A DNA stretch of 64,000 nt. Source: Spirochaetaceae bacterium (GTDB taxonomy: Bacteria > Spirochaetota > Spirochaetia > DSM-2461). The position numbers and the translations under genes are program-made. The stretch is taken from the NCBI GenBank assembly GCA_051531975.1, contig JAOPTT010000005.1:391030-455029 (forward strand), in the 5' to 3' direction. Shown here one piece after another: positions 41,702 through 50,389 of this stretch. Each line of letters starts with the position of its first letter. Position 1 is the first letter of the stretch. The notes below the pieces were generated by a model, which saw only the letters and a list, made by a program, of their open reading frames with translations, was not told where the DNA came from and searched no databases.

Positions 41702-43095
41702 ATAAAAAGAGCAGAGTATTTAAACCACTAATCTTAATGACAGTACCGGCAATTGTTGGAATGTTAATAACATTTATATTTCAACTTGCAGATACATATT
41801 TTATAGGGAAATTAGGAGTAGATAAGCTTGCTGCAATGAGTTTTTCATACCCGATTTACATATTATTTATTGGACTTTTTATGGGTATGTCCTCGGGAGT
41901 TGCATCAACAGTTGCAAAAGCACTTGGGGAAAAGAAAATATTAAAAGCAAAATACTTAACAGGAATATCAGTAATAATTTTTTTAATTATAGGTCTAGTT
42001 TTAGGTATTATTTGTCTTTATACAATAGATCCTCTTTTCAGAACTTTAGGAGCAAAGGGTGATACTCTAATATATCTAAAAGAATACATGGGAATACTAT
42101 TTCCTGGGTTCTTTCTTTTAGTTGGAACTCTTATAGGAAATTCAGCTTTAATGGCTAAAGGAATTATGATAAGAACAACAATTATTATGGGTATAGGTGG
42201 AGTAATCAACATTATCCTTGATTATTTACTAATATTTGGTATTGGTGATATAACTGCAATGGGTATTAAAGGAGCTGCATTTGCAACTGTTTTTTCATGG
42301 TTGGTAACATTTGTATTGATGACCATTCTACTTGTAAGAGAACAGATGATTAGCTTAAGAGTATTTTCATCACTATCTAGGGTCAAAAGTAGAGTTATTG
42401 AGATATTCAGGATTGGTTTACCAGCAGTAGCAGCTCAGATATTAAATCCTATAGCAATATCTGTATTAACCAGAGTCATAGCTTTATCAGGAGAGGGTGC
42501 AATAGCATCATATGGGATAGTTACAAAAATAGAGAGCTTAGGTTTAACTGTAATTTTGGCTTTAAGCGTAATATTAACACCATTTATTGGAAGACTATAC
42601 GGGGCAAAGGAAAATGAACATATTGAAAGAGTGATAGCATACTCAGGAAGAATTTCAGTTTATTGGAGTACTCTTTTGTTCATAACTTTAATCTTGTGGG
42701 GGAAAAATATAGTAAGTGGATTTACATCTGATGTTAGTGTAATTGAAACAAGTAGGTTATATTTCTATATCATTGGAATTTCATTACCAGCATTTGGTTT
42801 AACACATATAACAACATCACTATTTAATGGAGTTCAAAGACCAGATTTATCCCTAAGACTAACACTGGTAAAGTCTCTATTATTAACAATTCCATTAGGA
42901 ATAGCAGGGTCATTCTTAGGTGTATATGGAGTCTTTGCTGGGATATCACTTGGAAATATAATTGGAGTACTTTATGCTAGAAAGTTATTAACTACGTGGT
43001 ATATTAAAAACAGTTCAAATCTTCTTAATCATAATCCTGCTAAGGACTACATAGAGGATTTTAGAAGATTATTTAATTACATAAGGAGGAAGTAA
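41698..43095 (+). CDS. MATE-family efflux transporter
   Basis: LADTYFIGKLG, NIILDYLLIFG, MGIKGAAFAT. Confidence 0.93.
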   Translation: MNKKSRVFKPLILMTVPAIVGMLITFIFQLADTYFIGKLGVDKLAAMSFSYPIYILFIGLFMGMSSGVASTVAKALGEKKILKAKYLTGISVIIFLIIGLVLGIICLYTIDPLFRTLGAKGDTLIYLKEYMGILFPGFFLLVGTLIGNSALMAKGIMIRTTIIMGIGGVINIILDYLLIFGIGDITAMGIKGAAFATVFSWLVTFVLMTILLVREQMISLRVFSSLSRVKSRVIEIFRIGLPAVAAQILNPIAISVLTRVIALSGEGAIASYGIVTKIESLGLTVILALSVILTPFIGRLYGAKENEHIERVIAYSGRISVYWSTLLFITLILWGKNIVSGFTSDVSVIETSRLYFYIIGISLPAFGLTHITTSLFNGVQRPDLSLRLTLVKSLLLTIPLGIAGSFLGVYGVFAGISLGNIIGVLYARKLLTTWYIKNSSNLLNHNPAKDYIEDFRRLFNYIRRK

Positions 43096-43514
43096 TGAAT
43101 ACAACATATTATGAAACAATTCATCAGATAATTAGAACCGGTCATTGGATTACTGACAGTTTAAATAAGCTCTTAAAAGATAAAGGTTCAACTGAGCCCC
43201 AGTATAATGTCCTCAGAATACTCCATACTTCCAAAGAGGATATTATTACTCTGGATTATATTAAAGAGGGCATGGTTCAACCAAGTAGTAATGTTACCAG
43301 AATAGTAGAGAAGCTACTAATTAAAGGTTACGTTACAAGAGAAGAGTGTCCAACAAATAGAAGAAAAAAGGACATAAAACTAACAACACAGGGAGTAATA
43401 TATCTTAAAACTCTAGATGAAGTTGTTGAGTCGTTCCACAGTCCTATGTTTGATAAATTAAACTCTAATGAACTAAATAACCTAAAAGATTTAATTAAAA
43501 AATATAATAATTAA
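43095..43514 (+). CDS. MarR-family regulator
   Basis: TEPQYNVLRIL, SNVTRIVEKL, NRRKKDIKLT. Confidence 0.92.
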   Translation: MNTTYYETIHQIIRTGHWITDSLNKLLKDKGSTEPQYNVLRILHTSKEDIITLDYIKEGMVQPSSNVTRIVEKLLIKGYVTREECPTNRRKKDIKLTTQGVIYLKTLDEVVESFHSPMFDKLNSNELNNLKDLIKKYNN

Positions 43515-43572
43515 ATCTTTCAGGGAACATTTTATGAAGTTGCGTTTATATGAAATTAATATCTCATATAAA

Positions 43573-44856
43573 CTAATTTGTAGGTCGTAGAATCTTACAA
43601 CCTACCCATTTCTGCAAAACTTCTGGAACTATAACTGAACCATCCTCTTGTTGGAACTGCTCTATAATAGCTGGTAAAAGTCTACTAGTTGCAAGCCCTG
43701 AACCATTTAGAGTATTAACAAATTCACTCTTTTTACTTCCTTCTCTTTTGAATCTAATATTACCTCGCCGTGCCTGATAATCAGTTCCATTTGAAACAGA
43801 AGATATCTCTTTGTAAATATTCATACTCGGTATCCATACTTCTAAATCCAGAGTTTTTGCCATTGACGCAGAACAATCCTTTGCCGCTAATTTACTTACT
43901 ATATAGTGCAGACCTAAACCCTGAACAAGTTTTTCTGCTTTATCTAGTAACTCTTGTAGGCCAGCATTAGAATCTTCAGGTTTTGTAAAATGAAACATTT
44001 CTACCTTATTAAACTGATGCCCTCTAATCATACCTCTCTCTTCACTTCTATAACTACCTGCTTCCTGTCTGTAACAGGGAGAGTAGGCAAAAAGCTTTTT
44101 AGGAAGATCAGAATCTTTAAGAGTTTCATCTCTATAATAATTAACTAGTGCAGTTTCAGAGGTTGGTAATAAAAACTGTGTAGACTCTTTATCCCCATCA
44201 TTTAATCTATAAACATCATCTGCAAACTTAGGAAATTGTCCTGCAACATAACCACATTCATTATTAAGAATATGTGGAGGCAATATAAACTCATAATCAT
44301 CCATCAGATGAGAATCTATGCAGTAGTTTATTAACGCCCACTCAAGTCTTGCTCCAATACCTTTATATAGCCAAAACCCATTACCACCCATTTTTACACC
44401 TCTTTTATAGTCAATAAGACCAAGAGATTCCACCAGTTCCATATGTCCTCTAAATTTATACTCAAATATAGGCTTCTCTCCCCACTTTTTAATAACCTGG
44501 TTGTTTTCTTTATCTCCAGCAACTACATCATCTAATGGGATATTAGGTAGCTCTATAAGTATGTCATATATGAGGTTTTCAATTTTTTTAAGTTGTTTTT
44601 CAGAGTCTTTTATATTTAAAGAGAGGGATTTCATTTCATCCAATAAGTGTTTAACATTACTGCCGTTTTTTTTAAGTACTGGGATTTCCCCTGATACTAT
44701 GTTTCTACGATTCTTCATTTCATCAACTTTAGTATCCAGATCTCTAAAATCTGTGTCTAAAGTTAATAACTCTGTAAAATCCAAATCATCTACCCTTTTA
44801 AGCAGAGCTTCTTTTACAGCTTCTGGATTCATTCTAATTTTCTTTAAATCTAACAT
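43573..44856 (-). CDS. serS: Seryl-tRNA synthetase (start reassigned to ATG 44856)
   Basis: MLDLKKIR start with SD AAGGAG; GQFPKF, LLPTSET, CYRQEAGS, HQFNKVE, EISSVSN, LNGSGLA. Confidence 0.97.
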   Translation of the reverse strand: MLDLKKIRMNPEAVKEALLKRVDDLDFTELLTLDTDFRDLDTKVDEMKNRRNIVSGEIPVLKKNGSNVKHLLDEMKSLSLNIKDSEKQLKKIENLIYDILIELPNIPLDDVVAGDKENNQVIKKWGEKPIFEYKFRGHMELVESLGLIDYKRGVKMGGNGFWLYKGIGARLEWALINYCIDSHLMDDYEFILPPHILNNECGYVAGQFPKFADDVYRLNDGDKESTQFLLPTSETALVNYYRDETLKDSDLPKKLFAYSPCYRQEAGSYRSEERGMIRGHQFNKVEMFHFTKPEDSNAGLQELLDKAEKLVQGLGLHYIVSKLAAKDCSASMAKTLDLEVWIPSMNIYKEISSVSNGTDYQARRGNIRFKREGSKKSEFVNTLNGSGLATSRLLPAIIEQFQQEDGSVIVPEVLQKWVGCKILRPTN

Positions 44857-44880
44857 AAAATCTCCTTTAAAATTTTGAGC

Positions 44881-44911
44881 AAAAAAAAGCCCCATCGTTT
44901 TCGATGGGGCT
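44881..44911 (-). terminator. Intrinsic terminator in the serS leader (attenuator)
   Basis: GCCCCATCG-AAAA-CGATGGGGC followed by T8, ending 24 nt before the serS ATG. Confidence 0.9.
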
Positions 44912-44934
44912 GTAATTAACAAATATGGTTTGAT

Positions 44935-45033
44935 CTATTTTTTAATAAATACCGATTCTACCATTACCCCAGAAATAAATTCAGATGATGAGGAGGAGAT
45001 GGATAAATTGTTCAAAAAGATATTTAAGATCAT
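44935..45033 (-). CDS. Serine-rich leader peptide of serS (32 aa)
   Basis: Manual translation MILNIFLNNLSISSSSSEFISGVMVESVFIKK*; between promoter and terminator. Confidence 0.8.
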   Translation of the reverse strand: MILNIFLNNLSISSSSSEFISGVMVESVFIKK

Positions 45034-45039
45034 AAATTT

Positions 45040-45068
45040 AATATATAAAATATTATTATATCTGTCAA
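45040..45068 (-). promoter_or_regulatory. sigma70 promoter of the serS leader
   Basis: TTGACA-17-TATATT, then 6 nt to the leader ATG. Confidence 0.8.
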
Positions 45069-45084
45069 TTAGTAATTAAGGACT

Positions 45085-46452
45085 TCACTTTATTAGGTTT
45101 CTAATCCACTTTTTACTTCTCATTCTCTTCATAGCCACAAATATTTTAAAAACCTCTTCGGTTATTATAAATATAAAAACCCAAGCTAAAGATAGTTTCC
45201 ATACAAATGCAGCTAAAAATCCAAGAGGGATTCCTAAAAACCACTGGCAACTTACATCTAATTTCATTACAAACTTAGTATCTCCACCACTTCGTAATAT
45301 TCCTACAATTATTATGATATTAACAGCCATAAATAACATTTTTACTAATAAAATAGTAAAAATAATACCAGTCATAACAATAGTTTCAGCGGGCATAGCT
45401 GTAAAAAATCCAAGATAAATAGGTTTACAAATTAACATTAAAATAAATATAGAAATGCTTAATAAAAATCCCATAAATAGTAATACTTTAGCCTCTTGCC
45501 AAACTTTTTCATACTTTTCTTCACCTAAAGAGTGGCCTAAGATAATACTTGTTCCAGTAGCCAAACCACGGTAAAAGGCGATCATAATAGATGAAACAGG
45601 TTCTATCATGGTCATAATTGCTAGCTCGTTACTTCCTATTCGACCGTAAATAATATAATAAACATATGTTCCACTAGCCCATGCTAATGCAGCAAAAGAG
45701 AGAGGAAGAGAGAGACTTAATAATTTTTTAATACCCTGGGGAGTCATCTGCTGTTTAAACTTAGTAATAGAAAGTCTAAAAGCGGAATTAAAAAACAGTG
45801 TTATAATTACAATTAATGTCGCTTCTAAAAGGCAACTAAATAGTGTTCCATAAGCAGCACCTTTTAAACCCATGGCTTTAAAACCAAAATGTCCAAAAAT
45901 TAGCGTATAATTTAAAAAAACATTACTAATTACTCCAATAAAGCTAACTAGAGTACATTTTTTTACTTGTCCAGTACTGCTTAGACCAATATTAAAAGAT
46001 AGGATTATAGATTGTAACATTAAGTTATTTGAAATTATTTTAAGATATTCCGAACCGTATCTAATTACCTCTGGGTCATTAGAAGATATGGCAATAATTT
46101 GGTTCGCAAATATTTTAATTAGTACTGATAAAATTATGGATATAGATAGGGATATCATTGCTGATAATAGAACATTCCGGGCAACACCATCTGCATCTTT
46201 TTTACCCCAGAACTGGGATATTAATATTCCTGAACCATTTGTTAATCCTAATAACATAATGAATAAAACAAAAAATGGTTTACCTGCTGCACCAACAGCA
46301 GCAATCTGGGTAACTCCTAGAGCTCCGATCATTATTGTATCTATAAGGTTCCTGGAAGAACTTAGTAGGTTTTGTAGAGTTACTGGTATTGCTATAGAAA
46401 AGATTCTATTAAAAAAATCTCTATTTGCCGTTTGTCTTAGTTTAGCGATCAT
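45085..46452 (-). CDS. MATE-family efflux transporter (start reassigned to ATG 46452)
   Basis: LIDTIMIGALG, NVFLNYTLIFG, GILRSGGDTK; the track start is the -35 box itself. Confidence 0.93.
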   Translation of the reverse strand: MIAKLRQTANRDFFNRIFSIAIPVTLQNLLSSSRNLIDTIMIGALGVTQIAAVGAAGKPFFVLFIMLLGLTNGSGILISQFWGKKDADGVARNVLLSAMISLSISIILSVLIKIFANQIIAISSNDPEVIRYGSEYLKIISNNLMLQSIILSFNIGLSSTGQVKKCTLVSFIGVISNVFLNYTLIFGHFGFKAMGLKGAAYGTLFSCLLEATLIVIITLFFNSAFRLSITKFKQQMTPQGIKKLLSLSLPLSFAALAWASGTYVYYIIYGRIGSNELAIMTMIEPVSSIMIAFYRGLATGTSIILGHSLGEEKYEKVWQEAKVLLFMGFLLSISIFILMLICKPIYLGFFTAMPAETIVMTGIIFTILLVKMLFMAVNIIIIVGILRSGGDTKFVMKLDVSCQWFLGIPLGFLAAFVWKLSLAWVFIFIITEEVFKIFVAMKRMRSKKWIRNLIK

Positions 46453-46460
46453 AGATGAAG

Positions 46461-46491
46461 AATATAACAGTAAGAGTGTGCTCCAAGTCAA
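46461..46491 (-). promoter_or_regulatory. MerR-type promoter (19-bp spacer)
   Basis: TTGACT-TGGAGCACACTCTTACTGT-TATATT; GAG..CTC dyad in spacer. Confidence 0.6.
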
Positions 46492-46535
46492 TATAGATAT
46501 AGGTTTTTATTTAAATATTTAGTTAGATGTCATCA

Positions 46536-46564
46536 TTGACCAGCTAATATAAAGAAGGTAAAAT
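46536..46564 (+). promoter_or_regulatory. sigma70 promoter of yhfG-fic
   Basis: TTGACC-17-TAAAAT, 6 nt before ATG 46571. Confidence 0.7.
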
Positions 46565-46570
46565 TACTAT

Positions 46571-46729
46571 ATGAATATTAAATCTTTTGAAGAAAAAGTT
46601 GAATTCGTAAGAAAAAGTAGACTGGGGAATTATAAAGAAAGTTTAAGGCTTGAAGGTATGAATTCTTCTCTAAAACTCCATGGAAAGACTAGAGCTGAAA
46701 TCATCTCATTCTACACAAATAAAAAATGA
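46571..46729 (+). CDS. yhfG: YhfG/FicA-type antitoxin (52 aa, below ORF-track cutoff)
   Basis: MNIKSFEEKVEFVRKSRLGNYKESLRLEGMNSS...; (S/T)xxxE(G/N) inhibitory motif SLRLEG; ATGA overlap with fic. Confidence 0.85.
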   Translation: MNIKSFEEKVEFVRKSRLGNYKESLRLEGMNSSLKLHGKTRAEIISFYTNKK

Positions 46730-47319
46730 TATCTAATAAATATGGCACCGATGAAGATCCATATTGTTACAAGAATACAGATGTTCTAATAAATAAGCTT
46801 GATATTAAATCTAATAAAATTCTAGAGAAAATTGAAGAAGAAATTACGATATTAGCTGCTGACGAAATTGAATTTTTAGCCCCACCATATAACTTAGAAT
46901 ATTGGATAAATATTCATAAATCACTTTTTGAAGATCTATATTCTTGGGCTGGGGAGTTTAGATCACTAAATATAACAAAGGGTTCAACAGTATTTTGTAA
47001 TCCACTTTATATTGATAATGAACTTATTAGGATATTTAATAATTTAGAATGTAATAACTATTTTATGAGTTTATCATATACCGAACTCATTCCACAATTA
47101 GCAGAATTATATATTGAACTAAATGTTATACATCCATTTAGAGAAGGTAATGGACGTTCCCAGCGTATACTGTTTGATCATATAATTATAAATTGCGGAT
47201 ATAAGATGGATTGGTCACAGATTTCTAAAAATATATGGTTAGAAGCAAATATTAGTGGTGTAGAACTTAATTACAAACCAATGATTGAAATAGTAAAAAA
47301 AAGTCTAACTGAGTTTTAA
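46726..47319 (+). CDS. fic: Fic-domain adenylyltransferase (class I, FicT-like)
   Basis: DPYCY..TDVLINKL, HPFREGNGRSQR. Confidence 0.93.
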   Translation: MISNKYGTDEDPYCYKNTDVLINKLDIKSNKILEKIEEEITILAADEIEFLAPPYNLEYWINIHKSLFEDLYSWAGEFRSLNITKGSTVFCNPLYIDNELIRIFNNLECNNYFMSLSYTELIPQLAELYIELNVIHPFREGNGRSQRILFDHIIINCGYKMDWSQISKNIWLEANISGVELNYKPMIEIVKKSLTEF

Positions 47320-47381
47320 AGTCTTACCTAGAGCAAATAGTTCTTCTGATAATGTATCTACCTTAAGTCTTATACCTTTTT

Positions 47382-48605
47382 TTAATCTTTTTTCTGTAAT
47401 CTCTTAACTAAATAGTAGAGAGGAATCACTGGCAATAATAAAAGTCCACAAATTAACATTGCAAACGGAATAGAGATGAACTTTGCAATACTTCCTGTTA
47501 TTGGTCCACCTATAATCTGACCAATAGAGTCAAATTGACTACTAACTGAAAATAGGGTAGCTCTTGTTTTTGAATCCTTTATGTTATGGTTAAACCATGC
47601 ATTAAATAAAGGATAATTTACATTCTTTAAGATACCAATAATCCAGTAAAAGATTAAAGCTCCCCATAACCAATTTATATATCCAAAACTTATTAAAGAG
47701 AAAATTAGACATATAACTACTACGATTAATATTTTAGAAGTTTTAGTTTGATTAAACTTATCAACTTTCTTATTAATAAAACCAAGAATAATAAAACTTA
47801 TTAGCTGTGTAATTGCCCGGATAATACCAAAAAAGATTATGGGGTTTCCTGTTCCAAAGTCTGGGATAATAAAGCTTCCTAAAATATGAGGTGTCCATAA
47901 ACGATCATAACCTTCACTATATAATCCAAAGAAAAATCCAACTAACAGAAGAACTAATAGTATTGGTGCTGCTTTTATCTGTTTTAAAGAGCCTTTTAAT
48001 GATTTATACATTAAATTAAACGAATTCCTATCAGAAAAATCTACTGGTTTAAAATCTGTCTCTTTCATTATTATAGGAAGAATTAGACCCATTATAATAA
48101 AAAGTACTCCACCAGCTATTATTGGTATTTGAATATTACCAATACCTAGATAAACACTTAAGGGAATAGCAATGAAACCACCAAGATTTGCTGCTCTAGC
48201 ACCTTTAATAAATACATTTTGAACCTTTTCTTCCCCAACTTCATCTGCGATCCATGCTTCTGAAGCACCACTTATACAAGTAAAACCTAACCCCCATAAT
48301 ATTTTGCTTATAGCAATAAAAATGAAGTAGGGGAATAAACCCTCAATTAAAAATGCCACACCTGTAATTAAAATACCAATAATAATAGAAAACTTTCTAC
48401 TTTTTAAGTCCGCAATTATCCCTGTAGGTATTTCAAAGATAAATACACTGGATTCCAAAATTGTACCTATAAAAACAAGTTGCAATGGTGATAATTTAAC
48501 AACATTTACATGATAAATTAAATTTACAGTAAATATTAATGAAAATATAAATGAATTAAGAAATGAGAATGATATGTAAAGTTTTGAACTATCTATTTTA
48601 TTCAT
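47382..48605 (-). CDS. MFS efflux pump, TetA(P)/Tet(40)-like
   Basis: LSPLQLVFIGTILE, FEIPTGIIAD..SRK, SGASEAWIADE, SEGYDRL, GQIIGGP. Confidence 0.8.
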   Translation of the reverse strand: MNKIDSSKLYISFSFLNSFIFSLIFTVNLIYHVNVVKLSPLQLVFIGTILESSVFIFEIPTGIIADLKSRKFSIIIGILITGVAFLIEGLFPYFIFIAISKILWGLGFTCISGASEAWIADEVGEEKVQNVFIKGARAANLGGFIAIPLSVYLGIGNIQIPIIAGGVLFIIMGLILPIIMKETDFKPVDFSDRNSFNLMYKSLKGSLKQIKAAPILLVLLLVGFFFGLYSEGYDRLWTPHILGSFIIPDFGTGNPIIFFGIIRAITQLISFIILGFINKKVDKFNQTKTSKILIVVVICLIFSLISFGYINWLWGALIFYWIIGILKNVNYPLFNAWFNHNIKDSKTRATLFSVSSQFDSIGQIIGGPITGSIAKFISIPFAMLICGLLLLPVIPLYYLVKRLQKKD

Positions 48606-48855
48606 GTTAACTCCAATTTTTAATGCAAGAACTTTAACTAATGTACTCTAATGAAGAAGACAAAACTTTGCTGAAAATGCTTTTATGTTCTAATATTAAA
48701 AATATAGTCATTTAATTGAGTCGTACAAAAAAAGTATAATTATCCATATAAGATCTATGATATAGTATTATAGAGAGGACATATCACCATGAAGATTGAT
48801 AGATAATTAGACATTTTAATAGTGTTAATAAATATAATATTAGAGGAATTAGTAT

Positions 48856-49326
48856 ATGAGTGAATATGAGAAATGTTTAGAAGTTATGATTCAATTGTTT
48901 AAGAAAGATTTTATGTTTTCTTTTGCTACTGCTAAGGACAATATTCCATCTGTACGAATAGTAGATACATATTATTATGATGGAGCTTTCTGGATAGTTA
49001 CATATTCAAAATCTAATAAAGTAAAAGAACTTGAGAGTAATGCAAATGCTGCATTATGTAAAAATCTCTACACCTTTAAAGGTAAAGCTTTTAATGTTGG
49101 ACATCCATTAGAGGAGAAAAACAGTGAAATTAGAGAAAAACTTATTAAGGTTTATGAGTCATGGTATTTTTTACATAATAATGAAAAGGATAAAAATATG
49201 TGTTATGTAAAATTTGTTCCAGAGACAGGTTTCTTTTATAAAAATGGTACTGGATATAAGGCTAATTTTATTAATAAGGAAGTTGAATGTTTTCCATTTG
49301 AACCTCATGTCGAGGGTCTTGATTAA
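48856..49326 (+). CDS. Pyridoxamine 5'-phosphate oxidase-like FMN-binding protein
   Basis: FATAKDNIPSVRIVD, TYSKSNKVKEL. Confidence 0.8.
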   Translation: MSEYEKCLEVMIQLFKKDFMFSFATAKDNIPSVRIVDTYYYDGAFWIVTYSKSNKVKELESNANAALCKNLYTFKGKAFNVGHPLEEKNSEIREKLIKVYESWYFLHNNEKDKNMCYVKFVPETGFFYKNGTGYKANFINKEVECFPFEPHVEGLD

Positions 49327-49461
49327 TATCGTTTGATTTAAATTTCACCTCCCTAGAAGTTAGTTTATATAATTCCAAAATACAAAATAGTTCAATCGTG
49401 CAAAAAATATCAAGAAATTAAACTCATTTTCATATACCTTAGTATTTATAGGCAGAGGAGG

Positions 49462-50313
49462 TTGTATATGACGATTTATGAGCAAATTCAAAAAATTATA
49501 GATTACCTAGAAGATAATCTGTCAAGCCAACTAACCTGTGAAGAAGTAGCTGATGAAGCAAATATGTCTGTAAGAAGTTTGTATAACTATTTTTGGGCAA
49601 TATCTGGTTTTAGTTACAAACAATATGTAATTAAGAGGCGTTTAACAAAGTCATTAGATTCTTTACAAAATCAAAACCTGTTGATAGTAGATGTAGCTTT
49701 TGAATCAGGGTATGAAACCCACGAATCATTTTCAAGGGCATTCAAAAATGAGTTTGGAGTATCTCCTGTTGATTTTAGAAAAAAACCTCAGATTTTTAAA
49801 GGAGTCAAAAAATTGGAAATAATAAATGAGATGCATATGGGTGTTGTTGTTAAAAGTTTAAAAGAAATGAAAGTAGTCGCTTTTGAGGGATTTGCACCGG
49901 AGCCGGAAGAGAAGGCTAAAGAAAAAATGGTAGAGTGGTTAAATAAAAGAGATTTACATAACAAACCCCACCGTATTTTTGGTTTTAATATCGATTTAGA
50001 TGGTAAGGCTTTTAATGAACCTGAAAATGAAGGATATAAATTTCTTGTTACAATTTCTGATGAACTAGACTTAACAAAGGATAATATAAAGACTGAGGTT
50101 ATCAATGCTGGAAATTTTGTAGTTACTGGTATTGAGGGAAACTTTGAGGTTGATCCAACAGGGAAATGGATTACTGAAGGATGGCAGAAACTTAAAAATA
50201 TGATTAAACATAAAGGTTACAAAATTAAGCATCCTGGGAGATGGTTTGAAGAGGAGTTGGAACCTTCAAAACAGGGTAATTTAAGGCTCGATCTTTATTT
50301 AGAGATAGAGTAA
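49462..50313 (+). CDS. AraC-family regulator with GyrI-like effector domain
   Basis: IDYLEDNL, VAFESGYETHESFSRAFKNEFGVSP; start may be 49468. Confidence 0.92.
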   Translation: MYMTIYEQIQKIIDYLEDNLSSQLTCEEVADEANMSVRSLYNYFWAISGFSYKQYVIKRRLTKSLDSLQNQNLLIVDVAFESGYETHESFSRAFKNEFGVSPVDFRKKPQIFKGVKKLEIINEMHMGVVVKSLKEMKVVAFEGFAPEPEEKAKEKMVEWLNKRDLHNKPHRIFGFNIDLDGKAFNEPENEGYKFLVTISDELDLTKDNIKTEVINAGNFVVTGIEGNFEVDPTGKWITEGWQKLKNMIKHKGYKIKHPGRWFEEELEPSKQGNLRLDLYLEIE

Positions 50314-50389
50314 AAAATAATAAACTAGGTAGTCCGATTGGAATATGGTATATACTATTTAAATCTCATATAAAGGGAGTGTAACATTT

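Noticed and set aside
44857..44922. ORF-track N-terminal extension of SerRS
   Set aside because: Runs through the terminator hairpin; the SD-supported start is 44856.
44881..45068. T-box riboswitch explanation for the serS leader
   Set aside because: No TGGNACC T-box motif or stem-I motifs seen; an Rfam scan should confirm.
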